Source: an uncultured virus (IMG/VR IMGVR_UViG_3300020414_000716) (Duplodnaviria > Heunggongvirae > Uroviricota > Caudoviricetes). From it: DNA of 64,000 nt. Shown in pieces: positions 10,289 through 18,931 of this stretch. Every line of letters begins with the position of its first letter. Position 1 is the stretch's first letter. Under the pieces are notes generated by a model that was not told the DNA's origin, made no database searches, and was given only the letters and a program-made list of their open reading frames with translations. The stretch is from IMG/VR virus record IMGVR_UViG_3300020414_000716. The stretch is one strand, 5' to 3'. A program made the translations under genes and the position numbers.

Positions 10289-10989
10289 TAAAAAAAATTT
10301 TGTAATCCTTTTAGTATTGATTCGTTCTCAGTACCACAACTGTCACATTTATATTCTACTACTTTTTGAATAGTAGGCATACTTTCAAAGAACACATTGA
10401 TTTTATCAACTTGTTCTAAAGTTAAACTTTCAACAAATTCAGTTAACTCACTGTCTTGAATATCGTTTGTATCATATACAGTTTCTTCATCAAAGATAGT
10501 GTGAATACCATGTTTAATTAGAAATAAAAATCTATCACCTGAGTCTTCCATATCATCTGCTTTAGCAAGATTTTCTGAATCAGGATAACGTAATGTTACA
10601 CCTAGTGTATCGGTTAACTGAATTGTGTTTTCTATTTTTCCTTCAGGATAATGTAGTTCAACCTCTTCTATATTAACTGATACTTTAGTGACTCCATCAC
10701 AACTTTTACATTTAAACATCATATCTGACGTTTCACCAACTGATTTAGCTCTAGCTTTTAAAAACAAATATTCCAAATCAAACATTGGTAATTTGAAAGC
10801 ATTAACTTTTTCTTCAGTAATACTTGTTATCAAGTTTCTAATAGCTAAAAGAACTTCTTCAGCACTCTTTCCTTCTTTCGCAAGTAACAAGTATTTTTGT
10901 TCCTTGACTAGAAATGGTCGGAATGTTACTTCCGTTCCATCACTAAGTTTGCACTTATGTTTAGGTGCTTTTTGGATTGGTAATCCCAT
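10288..10989 (-). CDS. gp26: Baseplate hub assembly protein gp26
   Basis: FRPFLVKEQKYLLLA, FDLEYLFLKARAKSVGE, two CxxC pairs, ends GLQNFF. Confidence 0.92.
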   Translation of the reverse strand: MGLPIQKAPKHKCKLSDGTEVTFRPFLVKEQKYLLLAKEGKSAEEVLLAIRNLITSITEEKVNAFKLPMFDLEYLFLKARAKSVGETSDMMFKCKSCDGVTKVSVNIEEVELHYPEGKIENTIQLTDTLGVTLRYPDSENLAKADDMEDSGDRFLFLIKHGIHTIFDEETVYDTNDIQDSELTEFVESLTLEQVDKINVFFESMPTIQKVVEYKCDSCGTENESILKGLQNFF

Positions 10990-11008
10990 AATTTACTCCA
11001 TATTGTAA

Positions 11009-11875
11009 TTAACCAAAAAGATTTCTAATCTCTGTGGCTCTGTTATCAAGGTTTGTTAATCTGTCTCGAAGTTTTCCTTCTTTACCAAACCTACTTAATA
11101 GATTACTACCACCAAGTAGTGCATCTAATAAACCTCTTCCTTTATTTAGAAGACTTCTTTTAGGTGCTGGGATATATTTTGATTCCCAATACCTGTATGC
11201 GAGGGTACAAGAAAACCTCATTATACCATTTGCATCCTGAGATAATCCCATTTCACTAAAACTAACTGGATACGCTTCATGCAACGTGTACTCTAATGCA
11301 TTTCTTTTTGTATCTTCTGAATCTTTTCTATCAGTTCTATGTTGTATTATTTGAACTCGACCAATATAATCTTTATAAAATGCCATTTGAGGCATAAAAT
11401 TAGTTCCCTTGATACTTCCATCTATTGCATCTTGAGCCTCAGCAGCATCTGTAGCTTCTTGAGCAGGAACTGCCTGTTTATTATTTCCTGCTGTAAATAT
11501 TACTTGTTGCCATGCTTCTATAATTAATCTATCTGCAAAACTTTGGTCACATATAAAGGTAAAGTCTATTGTTCCACCATCGTTAACTGTTCCGTCAGGC
11601 ATTTGTCTTTCCATTCCCTGTTCAGACCAACCTGTAGTTCCTATACTTCTTCCAGGCAGTGAACAGGATTCTACTCTTAGACCCATAACCCTTCCTGGCG
11701 AGGTAACCATTTCATCTACAGCTTTATATGACTCACCTGTAGTTTCGTCTGTTTTTGCTTCTATGGTTTGTTTTGTTTTACCAAAGTATGCACCAGGCAA
11801 AAAGAAATTAACGTCAAACCTGTTTCCTCTCGCACCTGAGTCAAAATTATATTTTAATTCGTCTATACTACTCAT
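11009..11875 (-). CDS. Tail tube initiator gp54 / gp19-like protein
   Basis: ARGNRFDV, CSLPGRSI, EAWQ, LHEAYPVS..., LAYRYWE: tail-tube fold motifs. Confidence 0.75.
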   Translation of the reverse strand: MSSIDELKYNFDSGARGNRFDVNFFLPGAYFGKTKQTIEAKTDETTGESYKAVDEMVTSPGRVMGLRVESCSLPGRSIGTTGWSEQGMERQMPDGTVNDGGTIDFTFICDQSFADRLIIEAWQQVIFTAGNNKQAVPAQEATDAAEAQDAIDGSIKGTNFMPQMAFYKDYIGRVQIIQHRTDRKDSEDTKRNALEYTLHEAYPVSFSEMGLSQDANGIMRFSCTLAYRYWESKYIPAPKRSLLNKGRGLLDALLGGSNLLSRFGKEGKLRDRLTNLDNRATEIRNLFG

Positions 11876-12438
11876 ATTTGTTTCCTAGAATTTGCATATA
11901 CTGTATTTGTGTTAACCTTACCAAAATCTGCAGTTGGTAACATTGAAGCTACGTCCCAATATTCCTTTTGTACCTGTAATGGTGCTCTTCTAATATTACT
12001 ATAAAGATACCTTTTTACACATGGCATTGCAGAACGTAAAGCAGGAACTGCTTTAAAGTATTGGTAATCTATCATTACTCCTTCTTCAGTTGGATACTTA
12101 TATAACTCTTCAAGTAATCCTTGTCTTGCCATTGGTGGAATGTAATGTAGGTTAATTGCTAAAAATCCGTCATCAACTGCCCTTTTATCAAAAGGAATTA
12201 TTAAAGGAAATCTATCATACCATGGAAGTGTTCTTTTCCACTTTGCATCATAGAACATCATATACATATTTCCTTCTACTATGGTTCCTACCTTAGTTCC
12301 ATCAAAGTAAACCTTTTCATTCATCCTTCTATCAAAGATTCTTCTGATATTTGTTCTAAACCATTCTAGTGCGAGTTGACTTTCTCTTGCATACTCTTGT
12401 GGTTTTAGTTTAGTTAAATCTTCAAATATGTTGGACAT
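11872..12438 (-). CDS. gp2: DNA end protector gp2
   Basis: GNMYMMFYDAKWKRTLPWYDRFPLI, GFLAINLHYIPP, CVKRYL. Confidence 0.92.
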   Translation of the reverse strand: MSNIFEDLTKLKPQEYARESQLALEWFRTNIRRIFDRRMNEKVYFDGTKVGTIVEGNMYMMFYDAKWKRTLPWYDRFPLIIPFDKRAVDDGFLAINLHYIPPMARQGLLEELYKYPTEEGVMIDYQYFKAVPALRSAMPCVKRYLYSNIRRAPLQVQKEYWDVASMLPTADFGKVNTNTVYANSRKQI

Positions 12439-12443
12439 ATTAC

Positions 12444-12451
12444 TATTTATA
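12444..12451 (-). promoter_or_regulatory. Late promoter TATAAATA
   Basis: Exact motif upstream of gp2. Confidence 0.8.
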
Positions 12452-12452
12452 A

Positions 12453-12884
12453 CTAAGTTAGATGTTCTTCGGTTAATATCCTAAAATTATATTTTCTATT
12501 TTTACAGTATTCTTCTGCAGCTTTGAATTTTGCTTGATTTACTCCGTAGGTTGCAACCTCTCTTAGATACTTTTGAGTTTGTCTTTTGGGTTTCTTGGGT
12601 GGTTGACATTGTCGTTTAGGTTTAACTTCAATGATTTCATGTCTGACCTTACCTGATACGTTTCTTACTTTGATATAGAAGTCAGGGAAGTATCGGTGTA
12701 TTTTATTGTCTAAAGGGGAAACGTATGGGATAATAATCTCTTCACTATTCCATTCTAGAATAGAAGGTGTAGTGTCACAATAATGCATAAACCTACGTTC
12801 CCATAGAGAACGATAGAAGACCTTAGTGGGGTCTCCTTTATACTTCTTACTGTTTTTTGGACGGAATCTACCTTTGTACGACAT
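12453..12884 (-). CDS. gp4: Head completion nuclease gp4
   Basis: YKGRFRPKNSKKYKGDP..YRSLWE, RYFPDF, EVKP, NQAKF. Confidence 0.93.
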   Translation of the reverse strand: MSYKGRFRPKNSKKYKGDPTKVFYRSLWERRFMHYCDTTPSILEWNSEEIIIPYVSPLDNKIHRYFPDFYIKVRNVSGKVRHEIIEVKPKRQCQPPKKPKRQTQKYLREVATYGVNQAKFKAAEEYCKNRKYNFRILTEEHLT

Positions 12885-12895
12885 AAGAGTATTTA

Positions 12896-13093
12896 TTACT
12901 CTTTTTCATATCCTTTTTTTCTGTCGTATTTGGTTTTGTCTTTATGAACTTTGGTAAGTCCATGTCTAGGGGTTTTCTTATGTTCTTTTATTTTAGGCTG
13001 AGGTTTACCGAAGATGCGTTCCCACTCATCTGAATATTTGTCTTCGTTTGAGTTCCGTCTCCGTGAACCCTTTCCACCGTGCCATTGTGTCAT
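12896..13093 (-). CDS. Small basic hypothetical protein
   Basis: 65-aa ORF WHGGKGSRRR...WERIFG in the same operon as bS21. Confidence 0.7.
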   Translation of the reverse strand: MTQWHGGKGSRRRNSNEDKYSDEWERIFGKPQPKIKEHKKTPRHGLTKVHKDKTKYDRKKGYEKE

Positions 13094-13096
13094 AAT

Positions 13097-13336
13097 TTAT
13101 ATCCATCGTTTTGGACGACCTTGATTTTCTCTTTTGATTGCATCAAGTTTATTTCTTCGTGTTTGTTGTTGGTTCTTCTTATGTTTCTTTTCGTTAGGTT
13201 TAATATAGTATTGTCTATCTCTAACTTCCTGAACAATACCTGCGTTGTCACATTGTTTTTTAAATCGTCTAAGCATTTGGTCAAACGATTCTGTCTGTTT
13301 CTTTTTATGATTAAATCTTGGTGTTACACTAGGCAT
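13097..13336 (-). CDS. rpsU: Phage-encoded 30S ribosomal protein bS21
   Basis: ESFDQMLRRFKKQCDNAGIVQEVRDRQYYIKP matches the bS21 signature (E.F..xLRRFKK...GI..E.R.R.YY.KP). Confidence 0.92.
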   Translation of the reverse strand: MPSVTPRFNHKKKQTESFDQMLRRFKKQCDNAGIVQEVRDRQYYIKPNEKKHKKNQQQTRRNKLDAIKRENQGRPKRWI

Positions 13337-14223
13337 TATGCAAAAAACTTCTCTAGAGATTCCTCTTTATTTTTAATTTTATCTGAACTATATTCTAGTT
13401 CCCCTTCTTTTCTAAACACTAAAATGAACTCATGAACTTTTGCAGTATATCTTTTACTCGCACATTTACCTGCTTGTAGAGCTGCAAATATAGTATCATT
13501 CTTCATTACAATTATATCATGTAATTTGAGTCCTGATTTAGTGAACATATTTATCGTGTCTGAATGAAAAGGTTTGTACTCTCCGTCTCTTCTCCAATCA
13601 CCACATACCCAAACACAAAATCCGCCTGGTTTTAAAACTCTTTCTATGTTGTCTCCACAAACTTGTATCCTCTCACAAAAGTCTTCATACTTTCTTAGGT
13701 CTGATAATTGACCCTCTGCACTTTCGTATCTTTCTATATCACCGTAAGGTGGACAAGTCATAACTAAGTTTGCACATTCGTCATCTGTATGAGACATTTC
13801 ACAACCGTCACTTTCTATAATATCGTAATGACCGTCAAAGGAATGTCTTCCCATTTCCTCTCTAACTTTTCCTACTGTTTCAGGAGATACGTCATACCCA
13901 TAATAGTTTCTCCCTAAACTTGCAGATACAAATGCACGAGTCATTCTTCCTGCAAATGGGTCAACGATTGTATCACCCACCATACTCCAATAATGAACAA
14001 TGTTCTCACACAATCCTGCGTGGAATTCAGACATCATTAAACCGTTAGGAAGACGTGGACAAACTCCTCTCTTCTCTTCGTATGCAGTTAGATATGCATC
14101 GTCCCAGTTGTTCTTAGATGATTTTGTAGGAGTGATAACTGATTGTGGGTTCCAACCGAACTGGTCGATAACCCTTTCATTTTCATTCCAAGGTAAAACG
14201 TTTTTGTAATATTCACTTTTCAT
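13336..14223 (-). CDS. DNA amino-methyltransferase (N4-C/N6-A type)
   Basis: Motif I DPFAG, catalytic motif TCPPY, RVLKPGG, HEFILVFRK. Confidence 0.85.
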   Translation of the reverse strand: MKSEYYKNVLPWNENERVIDQFGWNPQSVITPTKSSKNNWDDAYLTAYEEKRGVCPRLPNGLMMSEFHAGLCENIVHYWSMVGDTIVDPFAGRMTRAFVSASLGRNYYGYDVSPETVGKVREEMGRHSFDGHYDIIESDGCEMSHTDDECANLVMTCPPYGDIERYESAEGQLSDLRKYEDFCERIQVCGDNIERVLKPGGFCVWVCGDWRRDGEYKPFHSDTINMFTKSGLKLHDIIVMKNDTIFAALQAGKCASKRYTAKVHEFILVFRKEGELEYSSDKIKNKEESLEKFFA

Positions 14224-14231
14224 AATAAACC

Positions 14232-14402
14232 TAAAAGGTGTGTCAGTCGCCCCTCGCCTTACAGCTTCCCGCTCTGCACCGATTGACCCGCTTTTTTGCT
14301 GTCAACCTTACCCTTACTGAGTACCCCCACGTTCTTTTTCCACGGTCTCAGTGAATGCATAGACTCGTCAATTATACTCATGATATAAACCTATGCACCC
14401 CA
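14232..14402 (-). ncRNA. Candidate structured RNA or 5' leader
   Basis: GC-enriched non-coding gap with consecutive stems: GGGUGCAUAG/CUAUGCAUUC, ACUGAG/CUCAGU, UUGAC/GUCAA, UGCAG/CUGUA. Confidence 0.45.
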
Positions 14403-14410
14403 AACAGAAA

Positions 14411-15310
14411 TTAGTCTTGTGCTAACTTCTTGAAGTAATCCATTGCATCGTCTTCAGAAGAAGCAGATACTCCTGCAGATACCTCTGCAGATTCGATTAC
14501 TGGTTCACTCGCTGTTGAAGCAGTGTTTACATTAGACCATGGAACTTCTTCTAAGTCTTCTGCAACTGATTCAGCAGTTGAGGTTGACCCTACTGTACCG
14601 AGAACTCTTTCAAGTTTCTCTTTGAGTTCTTCGTAAGACTTGAACTCTTCGGGTGCGATAACGGCTGATAAAGAATGAACTTGACTAAACACTGAGTTTA
14701 TTTGTTCTTCATTATCGAACAATGGTGCAGTCGCATCAAACTCAGATTTGTCGTAGTTCCAATAACCATCAACTTTTCTAATTTTGATTTTGAAGTTTGC
14801 ACCTTCGTCTCTGAGGTCGAAAGGATTAATTGCTTTCTCATCTTCAAATGCAGGTGAGATTGCTTCTTTAAGTGCCTCAAAGATTTTTTTACCGTATCTG
14901 TATTTAAACACTTTCCCTTCGTTATCAGGATTTTTAGGGTCTGAAACAACATATACGTTAGAAACATAATGCAGTCTGCGTTTTTGTTTCCTCGCAATTT
15001 CTTTATTTGCTTCAATCCCAGTATTCCACAACGAAGTGTTGTATTCACTTACAGGGTCTTTCTTATTAAGAGTCGTTAAAGACTTCTCAATGTACCACCC
15101 GCCAGGGCCTTGAAAACCATGGTCGAAGTATGATACCCAAGGCATCTCTTCTCCATCAGGGGTTGGTAAGAAACGAATCACTGCGTAACCATTACCAGTT
15201 TTATCTAGTTCAGGTTTCCACATTGTGTCGTCTGAATAGGACTTTTTTGCACCTTCAGAAGGTGAAGCAGATTCCATAGCTGCTCTTAGTTTATCTAAAC
15301 TACTCGACAT
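14411..15310 (-). CDS. gp32: Single-stranded DNA-binding protein gp32
   Basis: WKPELDKTGNGYAVIRFLP, HGFQGPGGWYIE, NFKIKIRKVDGYWNYDKSEF, acidic tail. Confidence 0.96.
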   Translation of the reverse strand: MSSSLDKLRAAMESASPSEGAKKSYSDDTMWKPELDKTGNGYAVIRFLPTPDGEEMPWVSYFDHGFQGPGGWYIEKSLTTLNKKDPVSEYNTSLWNTGIEANKEIARKQKRRLHYVSNVYVVSDPKNPDNEGKVFKYRYGKKIFEALKEAISPAFEDEKAINPFDLRDEGANFKIKIRKVDGYWNYDKSEFDATAPLFDNEEQINSVFSQVHSLSAVIAPEEFKSYEELKEKLERVLGTVGSTSTAESVAEDLEEVPWSNVNTASTASEPVIESAEVSAGVSASSEDDAMDYFKKLAQD

Positions 15311-15360
15311 TGTATTCTCCTATTTTATTAACAATTATATCGCATTGTATTAGCATTGTA

Positions 15361-16068
15361 TCAAGACTCTAGACCTTCGCCTAGAATCCACCTCTCACTA
15401 CTTTCATAATAAGATAATTCATTATACTTGATTTCGTCCTCTTTGTCTAGAGGGTTTTTCCAATATAATGAACCTTTTCCATAGAACCATTCTAATAGTG
15501 CTATGAACTGAGAACGTTGAACTTGTAGAACAGCGTCCTCAGTTGTATATTTAGTCGGATAGTTATCACTACCTTCGTAAATATTTGAAGGTTCCCCTTC
15601 AAATTCTAATCCATCGAACCCAATCAAATTGATAGTTTTTACACCTAGTGTCATTGCATATCCTAATGCAGACATTCCCGTCATCAAGTTTTTTAATCTT
15701 GGTTCGTTGTATGTTGTTATTAAATGTGGATTCTTCAATCCCAAAAAATCTGTTCTACTATCATTTCCTTGAATGATAAAATGTGAGTCGTCTTCCTTTA
15801 TACTGATTACAGGGTTGTTAAAATCACCTGTAAACATATCTATTAGTTCTAAAGGTAATGGGTCTATGTCTGCGAATGCAACCTTATTGTCTCTGTAGTA
15901 TCCTGATTCGACTATCTCTTTTTGTACAGGCATATCAACTGCAAAAACTAAATCGCATTCATCTGTATCTCTGTAAATTGCATTACAACCCCAAACAGGG
16001 TGGTCTGTATTAAATTCAAATCCTAATCTACTTGGGCCGTTTCCTAGGATAGTTACTTCTTCTAACAT
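15361..16068 (-). CDS. Hypothetical protein with GNGPSR/GCNAIYRD Rossmann-like motifs (MptE/glycosyltransferase-like)
   Basis: ILGNGPSR, WGCNAIYRD, NLIGFD. Confidence 0.55.
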   Translation of the reverse strand: MLEEVTILGNGPSRLGFEFNTDHPVWGCNAIYRDTDECDLVFAVDMPVQKEIVESGYYRDNKVAFADIDPLPLELIDMFTGDFNNPVISIKEDDSHFIIQGNDSRTDFLGLKNPHLITTYNEPRLKNLMTGMSALGYAMTLGVKTINLIGFDGLEFEGEPSNIYEGSDNYPTKYTTEDAVLQVQRSQFIALLEWFYGKGSLYWKNPLDKEDEIKYNELSYYESSERWILGEGLES

Positions 16069-16652
16069 AAATCTATAAGTGTAGTTCTAAACTTTTGGTA
16101 ATCATAAGTTAAAAATGTTTTATACTTTTTAATTAACCTATGCACTTCAGGATAAACTATCTGTTCCGATATTAGTGGTTTCCATTCTTGGTCACACATA
16201 TTAATAATATCGTCCATGATACAAAGTGTCTCTAACGAAATCTTTTTCGCAAGATACTGTTTGAGAAGAATAGGGTGTTGACCATTTTTACACTCCAACA
16301 CTTTGTTGATATGTTTCTTTCTCAGTAGGTCGGACACTTCAGTCTCAAACATATATGTAAGTTTCTGATTCCTTTTCTTCCACTCTTTGTATCTCTTATC
16401 ACACTCTTCATCTAACAGGTCACCTGCCCAATAATCTTTGTGTGATAAGTTTGCAACATAAAAATCTTGCAGGTCTTGTTTATACTTTTTAAACAACTTA
16501 CCAAAATGATATTTGTCTTTTCTTTTTAGAAAAGAGTTTATATCTGATTTGACTTTACCATTATATTTTATAAAGTCATATGAGTCGGAATGGAAGTGAA
16601 GTTTTATACCAAGGTATAAAGTATATGCATCATATCCATCACGACTTGTCAT
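16062..16652 (-). CDS. gp59: Helicase loader gp59
   Basis: YLGIKLHFHSDSYDFIKYNGK, KRKDKYHF, GQHP, ISLETL. Confidence 0.92.
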   Translation of the reverse strand: MTSRDGYDAYTLYLGIKLHFHSDSYDFIKYNGKVKSDINSFLKRKDKYHFGKLFKKYKQDLQDFYVANLSHKDYWAGDLLDEECDKRYKEWKKRNQKLTYMFETEVSDLLRKKHINKVLECKNGQHPILLKQYLAKKISLETLCIMDDIINMCDQEWKPLISEQIVYPEVHRLIKKYKTFLTYDYQKFRTTLIDLC

Positions 16653-16933
16653 TACCCTTTCACCAGTGTAAGACCACTAGTTGCTTCCAAGTGTGCATTT
16701 GCAACCTTCTCATTTGAAGGAACAACGAACACTACCTGTTGAAACACTGCACTAGTTGGACTCTCTTCACCAGTTGCGGCTAATCCTTTTGCAAATCCCA
16801 TAGAACCGTCTTGGGGATTTGAAAGAATCATTCTTGGGTTTTCAAGTTCTACAGTTGCATCTTCCATAGAGACTAGTTTACCAACATACTCTCCACTGAT
16901 TGCAACAACTGTTACTACGTCACCTTTTTCCAT
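16652..16933 (-). CDS. Hypothetical protein (Sm-like beta fold possible)
   Basis: 93-aa ORF with RBS, operon with gp33/gp59; SGEYVGKL...LENP. Confidence 0.7.
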   Translation of the reverse strand: MEKGDVVTVVAISGEYVGKLVSMEDATVELENPRMILSNPQDGSMGFAKGLAATGEESPTSAVFQQVVFVVPSNEKVANAHLEATSGLTLVKG

Positions 16934-16942
16934 AATATACTC

Positions 16943-17176
16943 CTATTCGAAAAAACTAGTTAAATTCGATTTACTTATTTTACCACGATTTACCATATTA
17001 AGACCAGTCGCTTCTGCTTCTAGTTTTTCTTTTAGTGGTTGTGAAATAAATCTCTTTGCAGACTCAGGTTCTAAATTGTTTTTCTCGCATACAGATATAA
17101 TTGCATCCATGACATCTGTTTTTGATTTAAGTAAAACCTTTTCTACTTGTTCTGTAAATTCTTTTTTAGTAATCAT
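16943..17176 (-). CDS. gp33: Late transcription coactivator gp33
   Basis: MDAII..CEKNNLEPES...ISQPLKEKLEAEA..LN; C-terminal LTSFFE clamp-binding-like peptide. Confidence 0.88.
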   Translation of the reverse strand: MITKKEFTEQVEKVLLKSKTDVMDAIISVCEKNNLEPESAKRFISQPLKEKLEAEATGLNMVNRGKISKSNLTSFFE

Positions 17177-17839
17177 TTAAACTCCATGTAAATTACGATA
17201 TTGTTGTCTTAGACCATAAAGTTTATCGACATACTCTCTAGGGTCTGCTCCAAACACTTGACAAAAACCACCGTCAACAGCAACTACTGCTATGATTTGG
17301 TCTATAACTTCACCTGTAAGTTCTTCGACCATAATTGCATATGCAGTCATTTGGTGGAACCATGGTTCTGCCATATATTCCTCTTTGTGTTTTGCACTAG
17401 TCTTGAAATCTATAATACAAAGTTCATCGTCCCATATACCAACACAATCAACTTGTCCTGCCATTTCTAACGAATCACTGTACATACCTGCTTCAAGAGC
17501 GATAGGAAGAATACTGTCAAGTACGGGTACAACTGCTTCAAACATTGAAGATTCCATAATGTTATCAAAGAATACTGGTTCTTCTCCACGAAGATATGTT
17601 TCAAATATATTGTGCATTCTTGTACCACGTTTAGCTGCACCTGCAGAAATCTTATTTGCTTTTTCCTCACCAACTCGTTTTCTCCACAACTTAATGTGGT
17701 CTTTAGTGAGTAGACTTGTAACTGTAGTTACACTTGGATACTTATTACCTTCGGGTGTTTGATAATATCTTTTACCGTCTTCAGAAACACGAGTCATAGA
17801 TTCTTGAAGTTTTTCTAAATCATTTATTGAGAGATTCAT
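17177..17839 (-). CDS. PD-(D/E)XK exonuclease
   Basis: YPSVTTV, RGTRMH, AGQVDC, IIDFKTS, QMTAYA. Confidence 0.88.
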   Translation of the reverse strand: MNLSINDLEKLQESMTRVSEDGKRYYQTPEGNKYPSVTTVTSLLTKDHIKLWRKRVGEEKANKISAGAAKRGTRMHNIFETYLRGEEPVFFDNIMESSMFEAVVPVLDSILPIALEAGMYSDSLEMAGQVDCVGIWDDELCIIDFKTSAKHKEEYMAEPWFHQMTAYAIMVEELTGEVIDQIIAVVAVDGGFCQVFGADPREYVDKLYGLRQQYRNLHGV

Positions 17840-18147
17840 TTCTTTCCCTTGGACTGTATGTCCATATGTTTTTTAATCACGTCAATACTTTTCTGTTTCT
17901 TTATATCAACACCGTTATATCTTTTGTCCACTTCAGAGCCTGGATATGCTTTACCCACGTTAGATAACACTTCTTTAAATCCTGCATCTGTTTTGACACG
18001 GTCACCAACACCACCCACAATTTTTGGTGCAGAAACTTGTTGTTTAAGATGGGGATTGTTTAGTTTGAAATCGTCAAGGTCTCGCCATGACATTGTGTAT
18101 TCAACCAGTTCACCAGTCTCTTCATTATAAAAATCGTATCTAGGCAT
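17836..18147 (-). CDS. FmdB-like putative regulatory protein
   Basis: MPRYDFYNEETGE...NPHL.Q...GFKEVL; T4-like FmdB-family context. Confidence 0.65.
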   Translation of the reverse strand: MPRYDFYNEETGELVEYTMSWRDLDDFKLNNPHLKQQVSAPKIVGGVGDRVKTDAGFKEVLSNVGKAYPGSEVDKRYNGVDIKKQKSIDVIKKHMDIQSKGKK

Positions 18148-18688
18148 ATGCTGTCATAAAGTTAGGGACGGGTCTTCCAGTCCATTTCGCAAAATCTTTC
18201 TTGTAGATTGCATAGTATTTATGGTATGCATTTATACTGTCTCCTTGGACTTTTACGTCTGCAGGCATACACTGAGGTGGTTCACTCCATTCACCTAGTG
18301 TAATATTCTTAGGTAATTGGTCTAGTGAATATCTGAGTTTTGAATCAGTCAAATGAATCTTTCCATAACGATAAGTGTATTCGTCACATAATGCAGTAAA
18401 CATATCATATGCATACTGATACTGAATTGCATTCTCACGAACCCATTGAGTAGAAGGGTGATTGATATGAGAAGCTTTGTATAACATATCTTCCATAGTG
18501 TAATCTTCTAATTTCCACCTTTTGATTCTACGACCACCTAAAGTTTGACTGATATATTCTTTACCGTCCAGTATTCTATGTGCAGTAGATAACATTTGTG
18601 CATACTCGATAATCATTTTGACAACGTGTTTATCGCAATGCATTTCTGCAGATACTACTGGGTCATTGTGTAAATAAAATAAATTCAT
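18140..18688 (-). CDS. Pyrimidine dimer DNA glycosylase-like (DenV-related)
   Basis: MNLFYLHNDP..SA..HCDKHVVKMIIEYAQMLSTAH, YKASHINHPS..W. Confidence 0.8.
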   Translation of the reverse strand: MNLFYLHNDPVVSAEMHCDKHVVKMIIEYAQMLSTAHRILDGKEYISQTLGGRRIKRWKLEDYTMEDMLYKASHINHPSTQWVRENAIQYQYAYDMFTALCDEYTYRYGKIHLTDSKLRYSLDQLPKNITLGEWSEPPQCMPADVKVQGDSINAYHKYYAIYKKDFAKWTGRPVPNFMTAYA

Positions 18689-18697
18689 AGTTCTATT

Positions 18698-18931
18698 CTA
18701 CCATTTATCTGTAACATCGGCAACCCCTTTTTCGTAATTCCATGGAACGGAAACTGAGTAAGGGTCACCCATTTGTTTTCCCACATAAGTGAAATTCTTT
18801 TGTACAACGAATGGTGCAACGTGGTCAAGGTATCTATCTACGCAAGTGTCATTTTCATATGCGTAATCTTCGACCTCTTCATAAAGTCCATACACCAATT
18901 CACCGTTTTGCAATTTTGCAAGTTCAATCAT
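18698..18931 (-). CDS. Hypothetical protein
   Basis: ORF in the operon, overlapping neighbour start/stop. Confidence 0.6.
   Translation of the reverse strand: MIELAKLQNGELVYGLYEEVEDYAYENDTCVDRYLDHVAPFVVQKNFTYVGKQMGDPYSVSVPWNYEKGVADVTDKW

Noticed and set aside
10288..10305. gp26 C-terminal LQNFF as a clamp-binding peptide
   Set aside because: Better explained by the T-run slippery site; a baseplate chaperone has no evident reason to bind gp45.
13090..13284. Alternative-frame minus ORF overlapping bS21 (similar cases inside gp32, nrdA and radical SAM)
   Set aside because: Nested within recognisable genes in another frame, with no independent support.
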